From: the human T2T-CHM13v2.0 reference genome, Homo sapiens
DNA: 64,000 bases
Assembly: GCF_009914755.1 (NCBI RefSeq)
Contig: NC_060938.1
Reading direction: 5' to 3' (one strand)
Positions 1 to 12,692 of the stretch are shown here, one piece after another (position 1 is the stretch's first letter; each line of letters begins with the position of its first letter). Under the pieces are notes generated by a model. That model had not been told where the DNA came from. It searched no databases and saw only the letters and a program-made list of their open reading frames with translations. Position numbers and translations under genes: made by a program.

Positions 1-403
1 AAATAGCTGTGTAAGATCGGTATGATTTCTTCTTTACATGTTTGATAGGATTTACCAGTGAAGTCATCTGAACCTAGAGGGTTTTATTTGGTTTGGTTTT
101 AGTTTTTTGGGAGAATTAAGATTTTTTTAAGAGATATTTTCAGATTTTTCTGTTGTCAGTTTTGGTAATTTGTGTCTTTTAGGAAAATTTCATTTCATCC
201 AAGTTGTTGGATTTATTGGCATAAAATTGTTCAGAATATTCCTTTAATATCCTTTTAATGTCTTATAATCTAATCTGTATTGCAGTCTCTTCATATTGGT
301 AATTTGTGTTTTTTCTATTTTTTCCTGGATCAGTCAGTCTAGCTGGAGGTTTATCAGTTCTTTATAAGATCACTTATTTTAGATCATTAATGATCTTTTA
401 ATA

Positions 404-611
404 CAGGGGTATTCAATCTTTTAGCTTCCCTGGGCCACAATGGAAGGAGAAGAATTGTCTTGGGCCACACATAGAATACACTAATGATAAGCTGATGAGC
501 CAAAAAAAAGGAAAAAAATCTCATAATGTTTCAAGAAAGTTTATGAATTAGTGTTGGGCTGCATTCAAAGCTGGCCTGGGCCACATGCAGCCCTCAGGTT
601 GGACAAGCCTG
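404..611 (+). mobile_element. MER30 (hAT-Charlie MITE)
   Basis: CAGGGGTATTCAATCTTTTAGCTTCCCTGGGCCAC...GGTTGGACAAGCCTG; degenerate 8-bp TSD ttttaata/tttcagta. Confidence 0.85.
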
Positions 612-930
612 TTTCAGTATTACTTATTTTGTCTTTTTTTCATTTTTTATTTCATTTATTTTCAGTCTTTTTTTTCCTCCCTTTAACTTATTTTCAGTTT
701 ACTTTGCTCTTGTTTTATTGCTTCTTAAGAAAGCAGTTAGATATCTTCATTCCATGTTAGTTTTAGTTATAGTCAACACATTTTGCTTTCATTTTCATTC
801 CATTCAAAATATCATCTAGTTTTCCTTGTGATTTTTCTTTTCATGGACATTTGAGTTATTTAAAAGTGTATTGTTTTTAACTTCTACTACATAGAGATAT
901 TATAGGTATGTTATTGTTGCTGATTTTTAA

Positions 931-1330
<400 letters not shown>

Positions 1331-2873
1331 GGTTCAGTGTTCTTCAGATGTCAATTAGATCAACTGGTGGAGCTTGTGACTATGCACATCTTCTGTGTCC
1401 TTACTGATTTTTTACTCATCATACAATGTATTGAGAGTTATGTTAAAATCTCCAGCTGTAATTCTAGATCTGTCTACTTGAGCAGTTTTTGCTTAAAGTA
1501 TTTTGAAGCTGTCATGTGTACACATTTAGGATTGTTAAGTCTTCCTTATAAATTCAGTCTTTCATTTTCATAACATTTTAACCTTTATTTCTGTTAAATG
1601 TCTTGATGCCTAGTTAAATTATTTGACCACCCTTTTTCTCCTGTCAAACCTGGGCCTTTGTTAGTTTGTGCTTATTTATTAGGTTTTTGCCTGTAGACTT
1701 AGACAGTGACTCTTACTCTAGGAAAGATTCATCCTCATGGCCCTCAGCCACATGTTCTAGGTATACTTTGTGAGTTCTCTCCACTCTGCTATGTCCCAAA
1801 TTTGTGTGATCTCTGGCATCTCCAGTCAGCCCTCAGAAGTGCCAGCCACTCTGCAGAGGCCTTGTGGAGCCTGCCTGCTCTATGCACTCCCCCCAGCCCT
1901 TGGCCCCAGACCTGCAGAGAACTTTTGCATACTCTTTTGAGACCTCACCTGTATGTAGTTCCCTCTTCTCCAGTACCTTATTCTATAAACTCCAAACACC
2001 TTAGCACTGCAAGACTCTCAGCTTAGAGAAAGTGGCATTGCCTCATTTTTGGACGTCTCTACCTCTCTCTGCATGGTCAAGAAACTGCCATTAGGCAGAA
2101 AACAGAAGTATGTGTGAGATTTGCCTCCTGTGTTTTCCTGTTCTCAAATATCACAGTCCTGTTCTGCCTGTGTTCCAATCCCTGAAAACAGTTCTCTCTA
2201 ATATTCTATCCAGTTTCAGTTTTCTCATTGGTCATTGTGGGAGGGCAAGTCCATCTTGGCTGGAAGAGGAAGTCATTCTGCACCTTTTTCTCTTTGTCCT
2301 TCCACCTTCTTTTGCATTGTGGATTTTCTAAACTTGCTGTATAAGTAAGCATGTGCCTATTTGTGAAGGGAAAGAAAAAAACCTTTTAATTTTTTAAAGC
2401 TGTTCTGTTGGTTCTTCACAAGGATCTGAAGGGATTGGTAAATAGGATGAAAGAAATTCTGTCTCTAACATGGAGAATACCATGTGTGACATTAATAAAA
2501 ATGAGCATGTCTGTAAGCAAAGAGTTTCACTAAGCTCTGCTAGATTCAGAAGCAATTGAACTTACAACATCACAGTTTGCAAAACACAGATTTGATTTAC
2601 CCAGGAACTAAAGCTAAGTAAGCTATGGGTTAATAGAAGGTCTGTGAAGGGTACTTAGACTACAGTAAGATTGGGGAAGAAAATTCCATTTCCAAATCTA
2701 AGATATATCATTCCTTTGTGCCAAGAATATAATGAAGGTAAAGTTTTAAGGGGGCCCTTAGCACAGAAGCACTGGGTTAGTCAGAAGGTGAGGTGAGCTG
2801 TCACACAGCCTTGATGCTAGAATGAGGGTGCCCTGGGAGTATCTTATCAGCCATGACACTGGTGCATCGGGAC

Positions 2874-3155
<282 letters not shown>

Positions 3156-3941
3156 TGCCAGACATATGGAAACATTCTCAACTATGTGAAAATATGTGAA
3201 AAGCTTTGTTATGCATTGTGAGACAACCCAGTGGGAATATTTCACCATCTGCCTAAGGTTTAAAAGGAAATAACTTTAAGCATATGTCTAAATAGCAAGT
3301 AATGTTTTAGAGCGGATTCTCTTAAATTCAGCTTGCGTGTCTGCAGCATATACACAGCTGGAGCTGTCACCTGACATAGAGACAGGCAACTTCAGTGCCC
3401 ACTGTTCTTAGGATCCACTGCTTTTTCACAGCTAAAATCCCCAGGTGGCATCGTTAAGTATCATGTTATGTTACTTTAGTCGTTAATCGTATAAGCATAC
3501 CTCCAAAGGTTGAATGTAGGCCACTTGCAGAAAGTAGGCAGAATGCTCACATGTAATTCTTGATGATACTGTGTTTAGGTTTCTTATTCTTTGAAATCCC
3601 ATTGAGAAAAAATACTGGCATCTGCTCAAAGTAATTTCTTTTTCAGTTGACAATATTATAAGTAATGTTATTGTATCATTTCCCTACTTGGACAGAGGGT
3701 GAAAATTTTGAGGAGCTTGTCTGCCAGAAATTTCTTCTTCATTTGCAAAACATTAATATTATATTTAAATGATTTTATTTAATATTAAGTGTACTTGGTG
3801 AACGTGGCATAGAACATACAAAATAAAACTAATTTAAAATTATTAACTATTACATTTATAGGAAAGACTTGCTAATCATAACACTGTTCATAATGATTCT
3901 GAATAAAGCATTATTTCTTTTACTGAAAACAATTGTAGCTA

Positions 3942-3952
3942 TAACTCAATCA
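3942..3952 (+). promoter_or_regulatory. DUX4 double-homeodomain motif TAACTCAATCA in FRG1-paralog intron 2
   Basis: Fits the TAAYYBAATCA consensus; lies in the intron where FRG1 is known to carry a DUX4-bound element. Confidence 0.6.
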
Positions 3953-4139
3953 TCTAAATTGTCATTAGTTTTCTTGCTTTCTAATCGTCTTGAGCTGAAA
4001 TTTTAATTTTGATTAATTTTCTTTTTCTCCATTGGTTTCGTGTGTGTGTGGAGGTAAAATATACAGAATATTGAATTTGCCAGTTTTTCTATTTTTACGT
4101 GTACACTTCAGTGGCATTTAAATACATGCACCATTTTAC

Positions 4140-4745
4140 CTTCCCACCAGCATTGCACAGGGTTTCAGTTTACCACATTCTGCCCAACATTTGTTTTTCT
4201 GGTTTTCTTGGTTTCTGTTTTTTGTTTGTTTTGATAATAGCATTCTAATGGGTGTGAAGTGGTATTGCATTATGGTTTTGATTTATATTTCCCTAGTGAC
4301 TAGTGATGTTGAGCGTCTTTTCCAGTGCTTATTGGCCATTTGAATATCATCTTTGGAGCAATGTCCGTATATATCCTTTGCCCAGTTTTGAATTGTGGTA
4401 TTTGTCTTTCTGGAGTTCTCTATATAGTCTGGATATTAATTCCTTATAATGTTTGTAGTTTACAAATATTTTCTGCATTCCCTGGGTTGCCTTTTACTCT
4501 GTTGACAGTGGTTCTTAATGCACAAAATTTTTAATTCTGATGAAGTCCAGTTTGTCTACGTTTTCTTTTGTTGCCTGTGCCTTTGATGTTCTATATAAGA
4601 AATCATTGCCAAATTCATTGTCGTGAAGCTTTTCCCATTTTCTTCTAAAAGTTTTCTAACTTTAGCTCTTACATTTAGGTCTTTTGTCTATTTTAAGTTA
4701 CTTTTTGTATTTTGTGTTAGATAAGGGTCCAACTTCATTTTAGCT
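4140..4745 (-). mobile_element. Old L1 (L1MB-like) ORF2 3' fragment
   Basis: Antisense L1 ORF2 motifs (MKLDPYLTQNTK on minus strand). Confidence 0.75.
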
Positions 4746-5375
4746 AAAATTTTATGTATTTTAAAATTGACTATGAAAAGCATGAAATGTTTAGTTGAAT
4801 AGAAAGTTTTGTGCAGTGGAATAAACTGAATCTTTAAAACCTTTTTATTATGGAAATATGCAAACCAATCCATACATAGAAGAATATAATGAGTCCCCCA
4901 TGTGCCCAGGCCCCAGTATTAATTATCAATAGTTTGCCAATCTCGTTTCATTTACATACACACCCCCACACACTTTTTTCCTAGAAAATTTTAAGTAAAA
5001 TCACAGATATTACATCATTTTACCCATAAGTACATAAATGTACATTTCTTAACGTGGTATGTCTTTCTCTCACCACCTGTTTTGTTCTTTACTTTTATAT
5101 ATTATACTATGTCATTATCAGACCTTGTAAAATTAACAAGAATTCCTTAATATGTAATATCCATTTAATGATTGACTCATTTCTACTCTAGTTAAAGTAC
5201 AATTTAGGAAGAGTTTTGAGGATATTTTTTAACATTAAGATATAAACTTTTATAACAACTGCTAAAATAATGGTTTCTAGACTCTAACATTTCTATTGGC
5301 AAATTGGACATTAGTATACATAGACATAGATTCTGCTCATTTTGCTTTCAATCTAAAATCATAGTTAAGATTACT

Positions 5376-5677
5376 GGCTGGGAGCGGTGGCTCAAACCTG
5401 TAATCCCAGCACTTTGGGAGGCAGAGGCGGGTGGACCACGAGGTCAGGAGTTCAAGACCAGCCTGGCCAATGTGGTGAAACCCCATCTCTACTAAAAATA
5501 CAAAAAAAATTATTCGGGCATGGTGGCAGGCTCTTGTAACCCCAGCTACTCGGGAAGCTAGGCAGAGAATTGTTTGAACCCAGGAAGTGGAGGTTGCAGT
5601 GAGCCAAGATCACTTCACTGCACTCCAGCCTGGGCGACAGAGCGAGACTCCATCTCAAAAAAAAAAAAAAAAAAAAA
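5376..5677 (+). mobile_element. AluS
   Basis: Full dimer with polyA; TSD-like aagattact/aaaattact. Confidence 0.93.
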
Positions 5678-5834
5678 TTACTATGCTAGAAAGTCTTCCT
5701 GTAGAGGCATTTTTAAGAAGCATTATGATAGGCATTGCCTCTGGAAAGCAGGCATGAATAGATGGCTGGGGTCTATCAGAAGAGAGACCGTTCTCCATAT
5801 ATCACTTTGTACCCTCACATGTTGCCTTTTGTTT

Positions 5835-5997
5835 TGTTTTGGTCTTTTTTTGAGACAGGACCTTGTTCTGTCACTCAGGCTAGAGTACAGTGGCGTGATC
5901 ATAGCTCACTATAACCTTGAACTCCTGGGCTCAAGTGATCCTCTTTCACAGCTCCCTGAGTAGCTGGGATTACAGGCATGCACCCCCATGCCTGGCT
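5835..5997 (-). mobile_element. Alu monomer (FRAM/FAM-like)
   Basis: Single antisense Alu arm. Confidence 0.75.
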
Positions 5998-6327
5998 GTA
6001 TGTTGCTATTGTGTATTTTAAAAACCTAATCCTGACTGTTCTGGTAGTCGCAGGAATCTGTGCACATACATGCAAACAAGTACATGTAAAACTGGTGAAA
6101 TCTGAATAAGCTTCATGGATTATATCAATGTCAGTTTCCTTATTCTAACAATGTATGATACTTATGCAAGATGTTATCATTGAGACAAAGCGAGTAAAAG
6201 ATATGTGAGATCTTCGTAGTATTTCTTATGACTGCAAAATAAAAGGTTTTTAAAACTAAGTTATAATAACAAAGAACTCTGTGTCAAAACTAAAATATAA
6301 AATTGAAATATCATTTTTATTTTTTAG

Positions 6328-6450
6328 GAATCTGGTGAACAGTAACAAACTTTGGTGAAATTTCAGGAACCATTGCCATTGAAATGGATGAGGGAACCTA
6401 TATACATGCACTCAACAATGGTCTTTTTACCCTGGGAGCTCCACACAAAG
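6328..6450 (+). pseudogene. FRG1: FRG1-like exon 3 ([39 protein letters not shown])
   Basis: tttttag|GAATC...CACAAAG|gtttgt; in-frame stop; one codon (E) shorter than FRG1 as recalled. Confidence 0.93.
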
Positions 6451-7230
6451 GTTTGTGTCTGGAAGGGAAGATCCTGCCACAAGTGTAGATTTTAGGACAT
6501 TCATTCACTTAGGCCAAACTCTAACTAGTCTCAAACATTTTCCAAAGGAATGGAACCATTGCATTAGACTCTTCCATTTTTTTAATTCCTTAATATTTAC
6601 CAGCCATTGGCAAGTCCCTCTTTCTAATATAAGCATTTGAAAACATTCCATATAGTTCCAGAAGAGTATCTTTGGAAATCAAAACAATATGAATAATTAA
6701 AATAGTAAGTGAAAAGAAAAAAGAAAACCTATTTGAGTCAAACATATTTGAATTTCTTTTTTATTCAGACCTATTACCAAAACTAACCTGGGTGAATTTA
6801 ACAATTTGAAGTTTCCTCATTTTCTTTAGCCCATTAGAGGAAACACTAATGAGATACGAAGTAATTAGAAGATAAAAAGCAGTATCATTTCATCAGCAAG
6901 GCCATCCATTGAATAAATGAAAGCATTTAGCTTTTTTAAATAAGTGCTTATTTATGACTGTATTTTAAAACATAAAGAGAAGCTATCTCGAAAGTTATTA
7001 AATAAGCATTATATCACCCTGTCTTACTCAGTGTATAAAATTAACACTGTAGCTAAAAGAAGGTAAAATAGATCTTGATTCCAAAGATACAGTATTGCAG
7101 TGACATCAGTATATCTGAATATTCTTACATTTAATTGCAGAAGAAAATAGCCACATTTTTTAAAGCAAAATAATATCTTTATATTTATAGCAAATGTCAA
7201 ATTTATTTTCAAATGTTTTTTCTCCAATAG

Positions 7231-7288
7231 TTGATGAGGGCCCTAGTCCTCCAGAGCAGTTTATGGCTGTCAAATTATCTGATTCCAG
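7231..7288 (+). pseudogene. FRG1: FRG1-like exon 4 (VDEGPSPPEQFMAVKLSDS)
   Basis: caatag|TTGATG...TTCCAG|gtgaac. Confidence 0.93.
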
Positions 7289-8637
7289 GTGAACTTATAT
7301 TGTAATATAATTAGTAACCAGTTATTTTAAAAATTTAATTGTATTCATTAAAAATTTTAGTATCTATCTTAAGCCTATGGTAATTTTGATATAAAAAATG
7401 AAATAGCTTTTTTGAAAAGTAGATTTTGTGATCTACTTTTAGTGGATTTCCTATCAATGTATAATGCTAGGCTGGAAAAAAGATATGTAAGTTAAAAAAT
7501 GAAGATAAATAATTTCACACACCAAATAAGATAGATTTAAAAATAAATCAATTTGTACAAAACCTGGTTCACTGTTGCTATGATATTTAAACTCACTGTT
7601 TGGAAGTCTAAAGACAAAAAGGAAGACTAAAAAAAAATTAATATTGTTGAAACCAGCAGAGAATGTTACAGCATCATAACGACCAAAAGAATATTTTTAC
7701 TCACTATTTTTACAGTCATTTTATAAAGTAGCCTTTTTTATTCTCACCTTGTGCAGAAGTATAGAATGATTCTTTGGGTAAAAGATAATGAAAGTGAATT
7801 TACATATTTTAGTAATTGGTTACATCAACATGATAATGATTTCTGTTATATAATCATTAATGTATAAAGGAGTAAAAGTCAATTCTGGCATCCGAGGAGA
7901 TTCTTGGTAAGGTAAAAGAAATCATAATTTTAAAAAATCACATTAAGATGATTATTTCTATACTTTCCTTGAAAGTCTGATAAGTAGGGTGAAAGACAGA
8001 ATAAAAGCAGAGGAAGAAAAATTCAATAGTTTTAAACTGCTTTACAATTATAAACAAAAAAGGATTATAAAGAAAATTAACTGACAAATGAGGAAAATAT
8101 TTGCAACAATCTTAATAGGCAGTGAGTTCTTACTCTTCATATGTATCTTGTATAAAATTCATAGCACTGAAGACCCCAGTAGAAAAATTGCGAACAATCA
8201 GATCTGAATAGAAAAATGGACAAGGGACATTATCAGATAATCTAAAAACTAAAAAGGAAAGGAAAAGAAAAACAATTGTTATTCTAGTTAACTACTAAAA
8301 TGCAAATTAATAGGATACTGTTTTTTTCCATATCAGGTTTTCAAGTATTTTTTTAGAGTCATAATGTTTAAAAAAAAATCCATGATAGAAAACATACTCT
8401 GTTAATTTGAGGTAAGAATGTAAATGGAAGCAGCATTTTCTGGAAAACAGTTTGATGACATAAAGTTTTAGTAATTTAATATTGAAATTTATAACTAAAG
8501 AGGTATAATTGAAGAATGATGAATTTTGAAAATATTTGTTATGTAATAAAGGTACAATGTTTTTATTAAAAAAGCAAATTATAAAACTAAATTTAAAACT
8601 GTACAGTCCAATATGGCAACAACTAGTCACATGTAGC

Positions 8638-8930
8638 TTTTTTTTTTTTTTTTTGAGGCACAGAGTCTCAATCTGTCACCCAGGCTGGAGGGCAGTGGTG
8701 TGATCATAGCTCATTATAACCTCAAATTTCTGGGCTCAAGCACTCCTCCTGCATCAGTCTCCCAAGTAGCTGGTATTACATGTGCACACCACCATGCCCA
8801 GCTAACTTTTTAAATTTTTTGTAAAGATGGGGTCTCACTATGTTGTCCAGGCTGATCTTGAACTTCTTGCCTCAAGCAATTCTCCCATTGCCTTTCCAAA
8901 GCACAGAGATTACAGGAGTGAGTTACCTCT
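8638..8930 (-). mobile_element. AluJ-like, inserted in a MER3/MER33-like fragment
   Basis: Antisense Alu; flanks agtcacatgtagcttt/agccacatgcatcttt. Confidence 0.85.
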
Positions 8931-9080
8931 CAGCCACATGCATCTTTTGAACTATTGGAATATGTCCAGTCTGAAACTTTAGATATGTACACACCTACAC
9001 ACATACACATGTCCTGTTTTGATGTCCTATAATTAATTTTCTCTCAGTTTTTAACTTTTATCTATCTTATTAATGTACAG

Positions 9081-9195
9081 CATTGCCCTGAAATCTGGCT
9101 ATGGAAAATATCTTGGTATAAATTCAGATGAACTTGTTGTTGGGCGTTCAGATGCAATTGGACCAAGAGAACAATGGGAACCAGTCTTTCAAAAT
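9081..9195 (+). pseudogene. FRG1: FRG1-like exon 5 ([38 protein letters not shown])
   Basis: gtacag|CATTG...CAAAAT|gtaagt. Confidence 0.94.
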
Positions 9196-11446
9196 GTAAG
9201 TGCTGTTTTTGTTTATAAAAACTTCCTGTCAGTTTAATAGAAAGTCTGTAAGAGTCAATCATAATATATTTAAAAAGAAAAAGTAGGATGCAATAGTATA
9301 ATACATTAAATTGGAATAAACCACTAAGAACATAGAGCCTTAAAGAGATCTCAAAATGTAGTGCAACAAAAATAGCATTAGTACTTTTGCCCACAATTAT
9401 TTCTCTATACCCTTAGTGCCTAGATATGGATCTCATTTCCATTGAAGAACCAGTCAATTTTAGGTCACAGAGTAGGAAAACAGAATAGTTCCTAAGTATC
9501 TTCTTTGTAACAGAAATCATGGATGATTTCAGAAACATTACAGACTGTAAGCAAACAGTGGAGCTAGCTAAGACCAAGTTGTGTCAATTTGCATATAAAA
9601 TATAAATAATAATGGTTCATTGAAGTAAATTATCTCTAAAAGACTTTCAGTTCATAAGCTTAAAATAGTGTATGAAAAGATAGTTTTAATATTAGAAGAA
9701 AAAAGATAATATACTAATTCTTAATTTTAGTAAGTAAACAGTTGTAGTATATGGATGTTTGGTTAAATCTTTGTTGATACAGAATACATAATTTCCTTTT
9801 TCTGTTTGTGTGAGAAGGAAAGATTGAACAAAAATATGTGAGTGCTAAACTGTCTTTAAAAAGTAGATAACTATATCAAAAACAGTAAGGACCACTGGGC
9901 ACCACGCAGAACAATCAAATAGAAGATAAGTTCAGCCTTTGAGTAGCAGCTTTGGTAGTATACAATAATGAACTGAAAATAGGTACTCAGCAGTGTTTTC
10001 TAAGATGACAGATTAAACAAACATCCCACCAGAAAGTGGTAATCACTTAGACTAATTTCCTCATCCCCTAGAATAAAGTCTTAAGTCGGTGACTTGAAAA
10101 CTATTTTGACCCAATCCATTGACAAATGCATTTTCACATTGCAACCCAGCACACACATATGTATAACTGAAGCAAGAGTTGTACTTAACAATACTTACTT
10201 ATCCATGTGTTATGCACCTTGATATTTCTTATTCTCTTTTACCCCTTTCTCTGTGTGTCTGTGTGTATTCCTTTTCCCCCCCACCCACCCAATACCGTTC
10301 AGGAAACACTACATTGATTTCATTACCTGCTAATGTGTTGCAACCCCTTTGAGATGATCCTACTTATTATGATGAGATGCTTCTAATAAAAGTTACACCA
10401 GTAGAAAATGCCAATATTTCATAAGGCCAGGATGATGACTTAGATAGTACTAATAATACAACACTTTAGGAAAGTTCATTTTATTTTATTTTTAGGAAGG
10501 ACGCTAAGTTTCAAAAATTTAAATTTAAATGAAAGAAGGTCTTAAAACTCTATTTCAAAAAGGACTCAGCTGAATAATCTGTGACACAGGTTTAAATCGC
10601 CTTGGGCCACACCACCGTGTTCCAGAGCTCACCAGGAGCCATCCAGATGAGAGACCACCCAGCCCTTGTGACTTGACTGAGAAATTAAATCCATGTTATC
10701 AGCACGTTTTTAACTGGATGTGATATAAGGTTAACATATTTTGTAATCATTGTATTTATAAATATTTTGTCTAAATGTTATGGTATAACAAGTTTTCCAA
10801 AAGAATCAACCAAATACAGTTATAAATAAATGTTATATTTGTTACGGGAATTAAGCTAACCAAATTTATAACCCAGATTTAGATACACAAGAAAATCAGT
10901 TTTTAAAGTTTTGTTTAATAGAAACCAGTGTAATACATCAAATATTAAACAATTAAAAATGTATATGAATATTTACTTTCACACAAAAAAGTCCCTCAGA
11001 CATTGATTCTTAAATTCAAAACACCAAAGGCATTGTATATACCTTTTCATGTTTTCTAATTGTGAAGAAAATAAATTTTACTTAAAATGTTAATATTTGA
11101 ATAAAGTATGCATTCATAATTATGTTCTTGTCTTTAAAGTTAATTTTCCAAGCAGAACTAAATCAGTTTTATCTTCAGTAGATCTTTTAGAAAGGAAGCA
11201 ATCCTACTTTAGTCCTACTAGGAAGATACACTACAAATGTTTATTGTGGTAATCTTTGAATAGTAAAATGAAAGGTGATTTTGGTTTCCTTTTCTATATG
11301 TTCTTGTATTATATTTTTCAGGTTTTTCTCTAAGTTCTTTTCTGCAATTTTTAAAGCAGGGAGGAAAAATTAATTCAATCTAAACACTTAATGTTTCTTC
11401 CACAAGAAGTATCCTCATGGCTATTTTGTTATTTTGTTTCACTTAG

Positions 11447-11551
11447 GGGAAAATGGCTTTGTTGGCCTCAAATAGCTGCTTTGTTAGATGTAATGAAGCA
11501 GGGGACATAGAAGCAAAAAGTAAAACAGCAGGAGAAGAAGAAATGATCAAG
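11447..11551 (+). pseudogene. FRG1: FRG1-like exon 6 ([35 protein letters not shown])
   Basis: acttag|GGGAAA...ATCAAG|gtattg. Confidence 0.94.
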
Positions 11552-12654
11552 GTATTGATGACATTTTATACAGATGACTGCATTCACACATGCGATGTGA
11601 CTGTATCTCTTTAAAATGTTAAGTCATCATTTACTGTCACTTTAAAGATTTAGTTAATAGCTTTTTATAATGTGGTGTTTCAAATAGACTCATTTTAAAT
11701 TATAAATCCCATAGTTGCTGGCTTGTTTATACAATGTGGTAGAGAAATCAGTGCATCTAGGAGCTACCTTGCCATTATCTCCATGGATTAGTATCTTTTT
11801 CTGGTAGTTCCACGTGCTCTTTTTAAGCTTTCATTTTCTTGTTTTCTTGCTTGTATTTTAAAATCTAATTTTTTAAATAGATAACATGTACACGTGGTCC
11901 AACATTTTTAAATAAAAGCATATGAAGATGAAGACATATGCCTACCATACTTCTTACTCACCTGTGTCCCAGCTCCTGTTCCTCTTTCCCTTTGTTTTTT
12001 TATAGCCTCCTAAAATTTCTTTATAAACATATGAATATATTTATAATTTTCAACTGTTTTACACTAAAGGCAACCTCCTCTATAGTCTTCTCGACTTTGA
12101 TTTTTTTTTTCCTTAAAATTGTATCTTAGAGAGTTTTCTACTATTAGTTTGAATGTAGAAAGTTTTCTCTTTTTCTTGCTTTTCTCTCTTTCTCTCTCTC
12201 TCTCTTTTTAACAGCCACATAATATTCCATTTTAGGGATGTACCTTAATTTATTTAGTCTTTTGTAGATGGAAATTTAGGCTGTTTCCAGTCTTTTGCTC
12301 TTATAAACAGTGCTGCAGTACATAATATTGAATATGCATCAATTTGTAGATGTGCGGGTGGACCTGAAGATAAATTTCCAGAAGCAGAATTACCAGGTGG
12401 GGGTATGCGCGTTTGTATTTACATAATGCTTGAGCTTCTGTGATGATAATCACTCTATGAAACATAAAAAATTATAGCAGAACTTCTGGGGCCTTAGCCC
12501 TTACATTTTAAAAATATTTTTATTAATAGTACCTGTCTTCTTTGCATTAGGAGAAACATGAGTCACATAAAACATGATTTTTATTTTATTTTTAAAATTT
12601 GTGTGCATCACTAAGCTGGAAATAAAAGTTCCTTATTCCAGGCTAAATTCCCTC

Positions 12655-12692
12655 ATCCGTAGTCAGACGCGTTATCCATTGCACCAGTGGCC
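12655..12692 (-). pseudogene. 5'-half fragment of tRNA-Arg(ACG)
   Basis: Minus strand GGCCACTGGTGCAATGGATAACGCGTCTGACTACGGAT matches tRNA-Arg-ACG to just past the anticodon; no T-arm. Confidence 0.8.

Noticed and set aside
12655-12692. Functional tRNA gene
   Set aside because: Only the 5' half is present; no T-arm/B box or 3' acceptor strand.
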